54,816 bases of DNA, taken from positions 1 to 54,816 of the forward strand of contig JAQURY010000001.1 in NCBI GenBank assembly GCA_028715395.1. The letters run 5' to 3'. Made by a program: the position numbers and the translations under genes. This stretch comes from Minisyncoccota bacterium (GTDB taxonomy: Bacteria > Patescibacteriota > Minisyncoccia > UBA6257 > 02-FULL-45-10c). A model generated the notes under the pieces. That model was given only the letters and a program-made list of their open reading frames with translations, did not search any database and was not told where the DNA came from. Shown here one piece after another: positions 1 to 8,504 of the stretch. Within the stretch, counting starts at the first letter, position 1. Each line of letters starts with the position of its first letter.

Positions 1-109
1 ATTATAATATTAAAAAGTTAAGGATTATGCCTTATTAAATAGTTATTTATATCAAGGCATGCCTTACAAACAGCTATTTTAAATAAAATCCAAAGGAGAG
101 GTGAAAATC

Positions 110-505
110 ATGGAAGAGAAAGAGACCAAGAAGGAGCAGGAGAACATGGCTGCCGAAAGCGCCGCGGAAAACCGCGCTGCCGCCATTCTGGAAACGATAG
201 GGAGCGTGATCGGAAACAAAACAACGATCACCCACATCGTAATGGAACTGAGGCAGAGCGACTGGGATGGCAAGCGTCTCGAGCTTCTGAACACATGCCC
301 GTTCGTTTTCAAGCTCTCTGACGTCAATTCCAAGTGGCTTGTCGGCGCGGCCAAGATCGTTTGGGAGAGCTGCGAGAAGAAGAATCTGAAGCCGGAAATC
401 GTGGAAATAAAACACAGCGCAAACCACGAAACGGCGACAGAGATAGCTCTCAACGAGGGCGATCCCAACACCTACAAGGCCATCCAGATCACGATCGAGA
501 AATAA
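110..505 (+). CDS. hypothetical protein, GC-rich cassette A (131 aa from ATG 110; ORF track starts at GTG 101)
   Basis: Open frame in a locally GC-rich stretch. GGAGAGGTG SD-like motif at 95-103 lies about 7 nt before ATG 110. A strong hairpin terminator follows. No family recognised. Confidence 0.55.
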   Translation: MEEKETKKEQENMAAESAAENRAAAILETIGSVIGNKTTITHIVMELRQSDWDGKRLELLNTCPFVFKLSDVNSKWLVGAAKIVWESCEKKNLKPEIVEIKHSANHETATEIALNEGDPNTYKAIQITIEK

Positions 506-533
506 GTTCTTTCCGATTTTCAACCCCGTGCGA

Positions 534-566
534 CGCCCCCAACTTTACAGTTGGGGGCGATTTTTT
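534..566 (+). terminator. intrinsic terminator after cassette A gene
   Basis: 11-bp stem cgcccccaact / agttgggggcg with loop ttac, followed by a T-run (tttttt). Confidence 0.75.
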
Positions 567-599
567 AATAAAAAGGAGCTGATTTTTAATCAACTCCTT
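566..599 (-). terminator. intrinsic terminator for the convergent minus-strand gene 630-1013
   Basis: aaggagctgatt / aatcaactcctt stem with one mismatch. The A-run on the plus strand gives a T-run on the minus strand. Confidence 0.5.
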
Positions 600-629
600 G
601 ATATTTATGACTACTTTTAAAAATACAGA

Positions 630-1013
630 CTACTCGCCGCTGCAGGCCATTGCCAGCTCTCCCATTTCTTTTTGTACTAGCTTCCTTGTTTCGAAACTGA
701 CACGCTTGCTTATTTTTCTGAAATTGTTGTGGCAGCAGCCGCACTCAATAAGGTTGCACACCCCAAATTCGCATTTGGTAGTGTAGCGGCCATTGGGCAG
801 CAATTCCCGTAAGTTGCAGTCGGGTATTTCCACGATCAGCCTTACAAAGATGTCTTTGGGTCCGGAACTCGTCATGATTTCCTTTCTTGTCATGGCCAAG
901 TCCTTGAACCTTCCGGACTTTTTGAATCTCTTGATGATCGTTGCCTTTTTTCTTGCCTTTACGATGCGGTGCTCGCCACTCTTGAAAATTACGCTGAAAA
1001 ATTTTGTGGTCAT
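630..1013 (-). CDS. hypothetical basic, Cys-rich protein, GC-rich cassette A
   Basis: 127-aa ORF with GGGGGT SD-like motif 7 nt upstream of the ATG. TTGACT-N17-TAAAAT promoter-like element upstream on the minus strand. Cys cluster CEFGVCNLIECGCCH. No family recognised. Confidence 0.5.
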   Translation of the reverse strand: MTTKFFSVIFKSGEHRIVKARKKATIIKRFKKSGRFKDLAMTRKEIMTSSGPKDIFVRLIVEIPDCNLRELLPNGRYTTKCEFGVCNLIECGCCHNNFRKISKRVSFETRKLVQKEMGELAMACSGE

Positions 1014-1142
1014 CTCGGATACCCCCTGTCGGTTTTTAATGTTCAGTACGATAATTATTTTAACAGATTATTTTGATTTAGTCAAATAAAGATAAAAACA
1101 GCCAATTAACTATCAGCCGGTAATTATGTTAAAATTTCATAT

Positions 1143-1664
1143 ATGTTTGAAGCCGTTACTGAAGCCATTGTCTTGGACAAAATAAACCAAGGAGAAGCTG
1201 ATTCAAGAGTTTATCTTTTTACCAAGGATTACGGAAAAATTTCCGCAAAAATCACCAGTGCGAGAAAAATCACTTCCAAGCTGGCGGCGCATTTTGAGCC
1301 GCTTAATGTTGTTGAAGCCAGAATAATAGATAAAAACGGCCCGCTGGCGGTTGACGGCCTTTCAATTAAAAAAGGAAAACGGAGCGGCGGAACGGTGAAA
1401 ATAATGTCGTTGGTGAAAGATTTGGCTGCCGAACATCAAAGAGATTTGACCTTATGGAATTTTTTGAATAAATTATTAGAGAGCGACGCGGAAAGCAGAA
1501 ATTTAGCGGAAGCGCTGAGTTTGCTGGGATACGACCCGAGCTTTGCCAGGTGCGGCCATTGCCACAGGGGCGAACCGGAAGTGTTTTCCGCAAGAGACCT
1601 GGCTTTCTATTGTAAAAAATGTTTATCGGAAGCGAAAGAAAAAGAAGAATATGCTATTAACTAA
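1143..1664 (+). CDS. recO: DNA repair protein RecO, short form
   Basis: N-terminal OB-fold-like segment (EAIVLDKINQGEADSRVYLFTKDYGKISA). C-terminal CxxC...CxxC zinc motif (CGHCHRG...YCKKC). At 173 aa it is shorter than typical RecO. Confidence 0.65.
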   Translation: MFEAVTEAIVLDKINQGEADSRVYLFTKDYGKISAKITSARKITSKLAAHFEPLNVVEARIIDKNGPLAVDGLSIKKGKRSGGTVKIMSLVKDLAAEHQRDLTLWNFLNKLLESDAESRNLAEALSLLGYDPSFARCGHCHRGEPEVFSARDLAFYCKKCLSEAKEKEEYAIN

Positions 1665-3369
1665 ACAATCAAAATTTTTCTTATACGCGATAACCGCCAT
1701 TATTGCCGTTGCCGCTTTTTATTATTTTTCCGATTCCAGCCGCGGCCTCAGCTTGTATTTTGAAGCGCCCGACAAAGTCAGCATCGGAGCGCCGTTTGAT
1801 TTGAAAGTCGGTTTCAGCAATCAGTCGAAAAATGTTTTGGAGGACGCCAAAATGTCCTTAACATTGCCCGAGGGCGCGGTATTTGTCGGCAGCAATGAAA
1901 GCAAGCTTAAGGAAAGCAGGAATTTGGGCAGCATAGGAGAGGGCAGCCTGATATCGGAAACATATAATATAGTTTTTCTTAAAGGAGAAAATTCTGCGGC
2001 AAAAATAAAAGCTTCGGTCACTTATACGTCTTCTTCTTTATCGACTCATTTTGAGAAAACTAAAGAGTATGAAATTGCCGTCGGGGAATCCGGCATATCG
2101 GTTGATTTGGCGGTTTCCGAAGAGATTTTGAGCGGCGAGGAATTTGAAACGGAGGTTGCTTATAAAAATGTTTCCGAAGCGGATTTTTCCAACTTGGAGC
2201 TGAAAATAGAATATCCGGCGAATTTTTCTTTCAAAAATTCTTCATTAAAGCCGGACAAAGCGAATAATGTCTGGGTTTTGGGGGATTTAAGGAAGGGCTC
2301 CGAAGGCAGTTTTTCTTTTAACGGAGAAATCATAGGCCCGGAAAATTCCACTTTTTCTTTCAAAACGGAAATGAAAATGACTCTTGGGGGACAGACCTAT
2401 GTTTTCAATACCAAGGAAACGCAGCTGATGATTTCGCCCTCCGCCATTTCTTTCAATATTATTTTAAACGACAAGCAGGAAGATTATATTTCCGGCCTGG
2501 GAGACGAACTTAATTATGTTTTAAGCTACGTCAATAATACCGACGTTCCGCTGCGCAATGTCGTAATCAGAGCCCAGCTTGTGGGAGAATTGTTTGATTT
2601 TAATTATTTGGAAACTAACGCTTCTTTGCGCCGGAGCGACAATACGCTTATTTGGAATCCGGATAATCTTTCGGAGCTTAATTATCTTGCTCCTAAAAGC
2701 GCGGGCGTGGTTAAATTTAAGATTTTAACCAAAGAGGGTTTTCCGATAAACAGATGGAGCGATAAGAATTTTACTTTGAAAGTTAATGCGGAAATCGAAT
2801 CGCCGACCATACCCGGAACGGCCAAGACAAGCAAAACTTTCGGAATCGCCAAAATGGATACCAAAGTAAAAGGAAATGCCGAAGTGGAAGCGAAAATACT
2901 TTTCAGGGATGCGGATTCAAAAATTTTAAACAAAGGAAGCTTGCCTTTGAAAGTCGGCATTCCGACAAATCTCACGGTTCATTGGCTTTTGAAAAATTAC
3001 GCGGTTGATTCTTCCAATGTGGAAATCAGGGCGCAGTTGGCGAACGGCGTGAAGTTTACGGGCACTACCAAGAGCGATTTCGGAACCGCGCCATTTTATG
3101 ACGACAAGACAAACCAGATGGTCTGGCAGATCAGCAGCATACCGGCCAACAAGGGAGTAATTGACGACCCGGCGGAAGCAATTTTCCAGATTGAGGTTAC
3201 GCCTTCGGCTTCGCAAGTTGGGACATATATGGCGTTGCTGGGAGAAACATCCATTAAAGCAACGGACAATTTTACTTCTTTGGAAATGTCGGGTTTTATG
3301 AGTCCGATGGATTCTTCTTTGTCGGGCGACCCCACAGTCAGTTCTCAGGACGGAGTGGTGCAGCCGTAA
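1651..3369 (+). CDS. membrane-anchored surface protein with repeated Ig-like (DUF11/CARDB-like) segments
   Basis: Start placed at internal Met (MLLTKQSKFFLYAITAIIAVAAFYYF = N-terminal TM). The track start at 1543 would overlap recO. The remainder is long and beta-rich. The domain call is by resemblance only. Confidence 0.55.
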   Translation: MLLTKQSKFFLYAITAIIAVAAFYYFSDSSRGLSLYFEAPDKVSIGAPFDLKVGFSNQSKNVLEDAKMSLTLPEGAVFVGSNESKLKESRNLGSIGEGSLISETYNIVFLKGENSAAKIKASVTYTSSSLSTHFEKTKEYEIAVGESGISVDLAVSEEILSGEEFETEVAYKNVSEADFSNLELKIEYPANFSFKNSSLKPDKANNVWVLGDLRKGSEGSFSFNGEIIGPENSTFSFKTEMKMTLGGQTYVFNTKETQLMISPSAISFNIILNDKQEDYISGLGDELNYVLSYVNNTDVPLRNVVIRAQLVGELFDFNYLETNASLRRSDNTLIWNPDNLSELNYLAPKSAGVVKFKILTKEGFPINRWSDKNFTLKVNAEIESPTIPGTAKTSKTFGIAKMDTKVKGNAEVEAKILFRDADSKILNKGSLPLKVGIPTNLTVHWLLKNYAVDSSNVEIRAQLANGVKFTGTTKSDFGTAPFYDDKTNQMVWQISSIPANKGVIDDPAEAIFQIEVTPSASQVGTYMALLGETSIKATDNFTSLEMSGFMSPMDSSLSGDPTVSSQDGVVQP

Positions 3370-3449
3370 TTGGCTTATAGCTCATGGCTTACGGCTGATA
3401 GCAAATGAAAAATTGGCTTTTGCGGCTTTTTTTGTTATTATTTTTTTAA

Positions 3450-4784
3450 ATGGAAAACTTGATGGATAAAATCGTTTCACTCGCCAAAAGGCGGGGTTTT
3501 ATTTTCCCCGGATCGGAAATATACGGGGGATTCGCCAATTCCTGGGATTATGGACCGCTTGGAGTTGAATTGAAAAACAACATTAAAAACGAATGGTGGA
3601 AAATGTTCGTCCATCAGAGAACGGACGTGGTTGGCGTTGATACCTCGTTAATAATGAATCCCAAAGTCTGGGAGGCCAGCGGCCATCTGAAAGAGTTTTC
3701 CGACCCGCTTACCGAATGCAAAGAATGCCACCATCGTTTCCGCGCCGAAGGCGAAACCAAGCAGATTTTTTGCCCTTCCTGCGGAAGCAAAAATCTTACT
3801 GAGGCAACCCAGTTTAATCTGATGTTTAAAACTTTTATCGGGCCGGCGGAAGACAAAGCCAACATTGCTTACTTCAGGCCTGAAACGGCGCAGGGGCAAT
3901 TTGTGGATTTCAAAAACATTTTGGACAGCTCCCACAGGAAATTGCCTTTCGGAATCGCCCAGATGGGCAAGGCGTTCAGGAACGAAATTACTCCCGGAAA
4001 TTATATTTTCCGGACACGCGAGTTTGAACAAATGGAAATAGAATATTTTATTCCCGCGCCAAAAAAAGACAAAGAGTGGGAAGAATATTTTGACATGTGG
4101 CTGGACGAAATGAAGAGATGGCTTAAGCATTTGGGAATAAATTCAAAACATCTCCATTTTCACGATATTCCCGACGGCGAAAGGGCCCATTATTCGAAAA
4201 GAACGGTGGACATTGAATATGATTATCCGTTTGGCCAGAAGGAGCTTTATGGCTTGGCTTACCGTACCGATTTTGATTTGAAAAATCATATGACGAAAAG
4301 CGGACAGGATTTGCAATATACCGATCCGGAAACCAATGAAAAATATCTGCCGCATGTTATCGAGCCGACTTGGGGAGTGGACAGGTCATTGCTTGTCGCC
4401 ATGCTTGACGCATACCACGAAGAAGATGCTCCGACTGCGAAAGAAGGCGAAAAGGAAGCGAGAGTCGTTATGAAATTCCCGAAATGGCTGGCGCCTGTAA
4501 AAGTGGCGGTATTGCCGCTTTCCAAAAAAGAGGAATTGAGCAAGGTTGCCAAAAAGCTTTATAAAAATTTGGCGGAAGATTTTATTTGCGAATACGACGA
4601 GACCCAGAGCATCGGAAAAAGATATCGCCGCCAAGACGAAATCGGAACGCCTTATTGCGTGACTGTTGATTTTGAAAGTTTGGAAGATAAAGCGGTAACC
4701 GTCCGCGACCGCGACACGATGAAACAGGACAGGATTAAAATCGAAGAACTGGCTGATTATCTGAAAGAAAATCTGAAGAATTAA
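3450..4784 (+). CDS. glyQS: glycine--tRNA ligase (dimeric GlyQS type)
   Basis: 444 aa. N-terminus RGFIFPGSEIYGGFANSWDYGPLG, class II motifs and a C-terminal anticodon-binding region are typical of bacterial/archaeal-type GlyRS. Confidence 0.93.
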   Translation: MENLMDKIVSLAKRRGFIFPGSEIYGGFANSWDYGPLGVELKNNIKNEWWKMFVHQRTDVVGVDTSLIMNPKVWEASGHLKEFSDPLTECKECHHRFRAEGETKQIFCPSCGSKNLTEATQFNLMFKTFIGPAEDKANIAYFRPETAQGQFVDFKNILDSSHRKLPFGIAQMGKAFRNEITPGNYIFRTREFEQMEIEYFIPAPKKDKEWEEYFDMWLDEMKRWLKHLGINSKHLHFHDIPDGERAHYSKRTVDIEYDYPFGQKELYGLAYRTDFDLKNHMTKSGQDLQYTDPETNEKYLPHVIEPTWGVDRSLLVAMLDAYHEEDAPTAKEGEKEARVVMKFPKWLAPVKVAVLPLSKKEELSKVAKKLYKNLAEDFICEYDETQSIGKRYRRQDEIGTPYCVTVDFESLEDKAVTVRDRDTMKQDRIKIEELADYLKENLKN

Positions 4785-4799
4785 TTTCTAAAAGTTAAA

Positions 4800-6071
4800 A
4801 TGAGATTACAAAAAATCTCTTCTTGTTTACGAAGCGAGAAGTCTTTCACCCTTGTCGAACTCCTCATCGTCATCGGCATCCTAGCCGTATTATCGGCAGT
4901 AGCTGTTATAGTATTGAATCCATCTCAATTAATTAAACAATCAAGAGATGCGCAGAGGATGTCGGAGCTTCAGGATATTCATAAGGCTTTAGGCATATAT
5001 CAGTCACTGGGAGGGAACTCTCTCGGAACAGCCACGTATGTATATATTTCTCTTCCAAGCCTGGATGGAGATAATACCTGTACAGACGACTATACCTTAC
5101 CAGCTCTTCCTGCAGGCTATACCTACTATTGTTCAACTTCGGCTAACTACAGGAACATAGACAGTACGGGTTGGATACCGGTTAACTTTTCAACTGCAGC
5201 CGGAGGATTATTTTCGTCTTTACCTATAGATCCAGTCAATACCGTAGCCGGAGGATTTTATACATATGTAATGGGGAGTTCTTGGGAATTGACAGCTAAA
5301 ATAGAAAGTACCAAATATTCTAGTGGGGAAGGAGGATTTGCCGTAACGGATGGCGGAGATTCTTTGGCGAGCTTTGAGGTGGGAACGAATTTAAGGCTTA
5401 CGCCAACGGCCGTAGAAGAATATAAACGAGACCCCAACCTTATAGGTTATTGGCCGCTTGATGAGGGAACGGGAACAACAGTTTATGATGTTAGTGGAAT
5501 TGGAAATGATTTAACTTTTGCCAGCGTTCCTGTTTGGACAACAGGAAAGATTCGAGGAGCCCTTGATTTTGACGGAGCAAATGATTCTGTTAATAAAACA
5601 AGTCCCACAGTTGATTTGAGTACCAACAAAATTACAATGGCAGCTTGGGTGTATATAGAGGGCCATGGAACTAGTGATGGGGCCGATAACAATATTTTCA
5701 GCATTAGGGATGCTTACGATTATTATAAACTTGGCTGGAATTATACGTCGAATTTGGCTTTCACCCAATTAGATTTCACGGACAATACTGCCGCGAGTCT
5801 TCAAAGTACTGTGGCCGTAACCGACGGAACGGGAGTTTGGTATCATATTGCTGCGACTTACGATACTTCTGTCGTAAAAATTTATATCAATGGGGTTTTT
5901 GATACTAGCGTAACAAAAAACAAAACTTTAAGAAGTATTACCACTCCTTTATCGATTGGATCCTTAGTTAATAGCACTCGTTTTTTTAATGGAATAATTG
6001 ACGAAATGCGACTTTATAATCGTGCTCTTTCGGCTGCCGAAATTTTGGAACTTTATAATGAAACAAAATAA
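4800..6071 (+). CDS. type IV pilin-like protein fused to a C-terminal LamG/concanavalin-A-like lectin domain
   Basis: Prepilin N-terminus KS|FTLVELLIVIGILAVL with Glu at +5. C-terminal Laminin_G_3-like signature (WPLDEGTGTTVYD ... FFNGIIDEMRLYNRALSAAEI). Paralog at 42248-43495. Confidence 0.8.
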   Translation: MRLQKISSCLRSEKSFTLVELLIVIGILAVLSAVAVIVLNPSQLIKQSRDAQRMSELQDIHKALGIYQSLGGNSLGTATYVYISLPSLDGDNTCTDDYTLPALPAGYTYYCSTSANYRNIDSTGWIPVNFSTAAGGLFSSLPIDPVNTVAGGFYTYVMGSSWELTAKIESTKYSSGEGGFAVTDGGDSLASFEVGTNLRLTPTAVEEYKRDPNLIGYWPLDEGTGTTVYDVSGIGNDLTFASVPVWTTGKIRGALDFDGANDSVNKTSPTVDLSTNKITMAAWVYIEGHGTSDGADNNIFSIRDAYDYYKLGWNYTSNLAFTQLDFTDNTAASLQSTVAVTDGTGVWYHIAATYDTSVVKIYINGVFDTSVTKNKTLRSITTPLSIGSLVNSTRFFNGIIDEMRLYNRALSAAEILELYNETK

Positions 6072-6112
6072 ATTATTGGATATTTAATTTCAGAAAGGTT
6101 AAAATAAAATCT

Positions 6113-7384
6113 ATGCATCAATTCAAAAAACATATTTTAAAAAACGGATTGCGGGTGATTTTGGCGCCGAATCCGCAAAGTTTGGCGACAACGGCCCTGG
6201 TTCTGGTTGAGGCTGGTTCCGAATATGAAACTAAAAAAATAAACGGAGTATCACATTTTTTGGAACACTTATGTTTTAAAGGAACTAAAAAACGGCCATC
6301 TCCGATGATTATCGCTTCGGAGATGGAATCGCTGGGCGCAGTTTATAACGCTTTTACCAGCAACGAACTTACGGGATATTTCACAAAGGTGAGCCCGGAG
6401 AAAATCGACGCCGGTTTGGATATTATTGCCGACATGTATTTAAATCCCATTTTTGACGAAAAAGAAATTGAAAAAGAAAAAGGAGTGATAATTGAGGAAA
6501 TAAATATGTATGAAGATATGCCGATGAGGAGGGTGCAGGAATATTTCAGCGAATTGCTTTATGGAAATCAGCCGGCGGGCTGGTTGGTTACTGGAGAAAA
6601 ACAAAACATAAAGGATATGACGAAAGCGGATATCGTTAATTACAGAAAAGCTCATTATTCGGGCAAGGCTACGGTTGTTGTTGTTGCCGGATCTTTTGAC
6701 GAAAAGAAGATGCTGGAAAAAATTGAAAAACTTTTTGCCGATACTCCAATAAGCAAAAAAACGGCAAAAATAAAAGTAAAAGAATCTCAAAAATCTCCGC
6801 AATTGGTTTTTAAGCATAAAGATTCTGACCAAACTCATTTAATTCTCGGGGTTAGGGCGTTTGATATGTATGACAAGAGAAAATACATAATTGAAATTTT
6901 GAGTCAAATATTGGGAGGGGGAATGAGCTCCCGTTTGTTCCAAAAAATAAGAGGAGAGATGGGGGCGGCTTATTATGTAAGATGCGGCGCCGATTTGTTT
7001 ACGGATCATGGTTATTTGGCGGTTTCGGCCGGAGTGGACCATACTAAGGCGGATGCCGTAGTTGAGGCCATTTTGGAGGAATTCAATAAGATTAAAAACG
7101 AATCAGTAGGCGCCAAAGAGCTTGAACGCGCCAAAAACCACTTAATCGGCAATTTCCTGATAGGGCTGGAAACTTCGGACGCCCAGGCGATTTTTTATGG
7201 CCAGCAGGAGCTATTCAAGGAAAAGATTAAAGTTCCCGAACAAACTGCCAAGGAAATAAGGAAGGTGACCGCCGCGGATGTCATGAAAGTCGCAAAAGAC
7301 GTTATCCGGAATGGGGGGCTCAATTTGGCAGTCATTGGACCTTTCGAAAATGCCCAAAAGTTTGATAAAATCTTGAAACTTTAG
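6113..7384 (+). CDS. M16 family (pitrilysin/insulinase-like) zinc peptidase
   Basis: Inverted zinc motif HFLEHLCFKG (HxxEH) near the N-terminus. The 423-aa two-lobe length is typical of M16B. Confidence 0.85.
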   Translation: MHQFKKHILKNGLRVILAPNPQSLATTALVLVEAGSEYETKKINGVSHFLEHLCFKGTKKRPSPMIIASEMESLGAVYNAFTSNELTGYFTKVSPEKIDAGLDIIADMYLNPIFDEKEIEKEKGVIIEEINMYEDMPMRRVQEYFSELLYGNQPAGWLVTGEKQNIKDMTKADIVNYRKAHYSGKATVVVVAGSFDEKKMLEKIEKLFADTPISKKTAKIKVKESQKSPQLVFKHKDSDQTHLILGVRAFDMYDKRKYIIEILSQILGGGMSSRLFQKIRGEMGAAYYVRCGADLFTDHGYLAVSAGVDHTKADAVVEAILEEFNKIKNESVGAKELERAKNHLIGNFLIGLETSDAQAIFYGQQELFKEKIKVPEQTAKEIRKVTAADVMKVAKDVIRNGGLNLAVIGPFENAQKFDKILKL

Positions 7385-7459
7385 TATCCTAAAATCGTTA
7401 TATTTTGTATATGCCCGTGGCAGCGGATTTACCCGCCGCAGGAGGGCGGCAAAACTCTT

Positions 7460-8476
7460 ATGGAAAAAGATCAACTGGAAATAAGTTGGGGTAGTTTGTG
7501 GAGAATAGCGGTGATGCTCGGATTAGTCACCTTTTTTTATTTTGTAAGCAATATAATCATTGGCATAATTTTTGCCATAGTTATTTCTTCTGCGCTTGAT
7601 CCGATAGTAAATTTTTTGGAAAAGAAAAAATTTCCGCGCGTGCTGGGAACTCTCTTGATTTTTTTGCTTACCATTGCTTTGTTTTCCCTGTTGCTTTACA
7701 TCGTAGTCCCGATAGCTTTGTCGGAATTGAATACTTTGCTGGAAAATTTAAGCGATATGCAATCTTCGATTTTCGGTCTTAAAGATCTTTCCGGAGTCGT
7801 AAAGCTTCTTAATAGCGATATTACCAGAATTACCAATCTTTTGTTCAGCGGCAGCGTTTCGCTTTCCGATGTGGTGGGCGGGCTTCTTGGCAACTTAACG
7901 ATTGTTTTTTCTGTTTTTATCTTGTCTTTTTATCTTACAGTTGACAGAGACGGTGTTGAAAAATTCTTACGTGCCATTTTGCCGCCGAGATTTGAGGATC
8001 AGGTTTTGGATGTTTATTTCAGGACTCGCGCCAAAATAGGAAAGTGGCTGCAAGGCCAGATTTTCTTGAGCGCTACCGTCGGTTTTGGTGTTTTTCTTGG
8101 TCTTACGCTTTTAGGCGTCAAATACAGTTTAGTTTTGGCAATTTTGGCCGGTCTTTTGGAAATCGTTCCCTTTGTCGGCCCGATTATCAGTGGTTCGCTG
8201 GCTATTCTTATTGCTCTTCCGCAATCGCTTACTACGGCGATTTATGTTTTGATTCTTTTTATCATTATTCAGCAAACGGAAAATTATGTTTTGGTTCCGA
8301 CATTTATGCGCTTGACCACAAGCTTGCATCCGGCTGTCATAATTATCGCGCTTTTGATCGGTGGGCAGTTTTTGGGAGTTATCGGGCTTATTTTGGCGGT
8401 TCCGCTTGCCGTGCTGGCGCAGGAAATCATAAACAATTGGTCTGATTTCAAGTCAAAACGCAAAGTTTTGATTTAA
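7460..8476 (+). CDS. AI-2E family transporter (PerM/UPF0118)
   Basis: 338 aa and polytopic. Conserved C-terminal half (LLEIVPFVGPIISG ... AVPLAVL) is typical of the AI-2E family. Confidence 0.8.
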   Translation: MEKDQLEISWGSLWRIAVMLGLVTFFYFVSNIIIGIIFAIVISSALDPIVNFLEKKKFPRVLGTLLIFLLTIALFSLLLYIVVPIALSELNTLLENLSDMQSSIFGLKDLSGVVKLLNSDITRITNLLFSGSVSLSDVVGGLLGNLTIVFSVFILSFYLTVDRDGVEKFLRAILPPRFEDQVLDVYFRTRAKIGKWLQGQIFLSATVGFGVFLGLTLLGVKYSLVLAILAGLLEIVPFVGPIISGSLAILIALPQSLTTAIYVLILFIIIQQTENYVLVPTFMRLTTSLHPAVIIIALLIGGQFLGVIGLILAVPLAVLAQEIINNWSDFKSKRKVLI

Positions 8477-8504
8477 ACTGAATTTGGTTTAGGATTTAGT
8501 TATA

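Noticed and set aside
74-523. 149-aa and 130-aa minus-strand ORFs fully overlapping the 110-505 plus-strand gene
   Set aside because: They have no SD or promoter, and they begin inside the terminator hairpin. Long antisense frames are expected in locally GC-rich coding DNA. The plus-strand frame has the SD and the terminator.
1543-1650. Upstream extensions of ORF-track starts (1543, 22164, 23678, 35273, 44309, 46518, 20429, 101)
   Set aside because: The extensions overlap the preceding gene or a terminator or palindrome and add non-hydrophobic junk before an obvious signal, TM or prepilin N-terminus. Internal Met starts give canonical N-termini, and SD spacing in the cassettes.
3648-4130. 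160-aa antisense ORF inside glyQS; similar cases at 12201-12836 in leuS, 26580-27041 in pilM and 36338-37060 in ligA
   Set aside because: They are embedded antisense in confidently identified conserved genes, and their translations are low-complexity.
8044-8445. 133-aa alternate-frame ORF inside the AI-2E transporter gene
   Set aside because: It is same-strand and out of frame within a well-supported polytopic transporter, with no independent signals.
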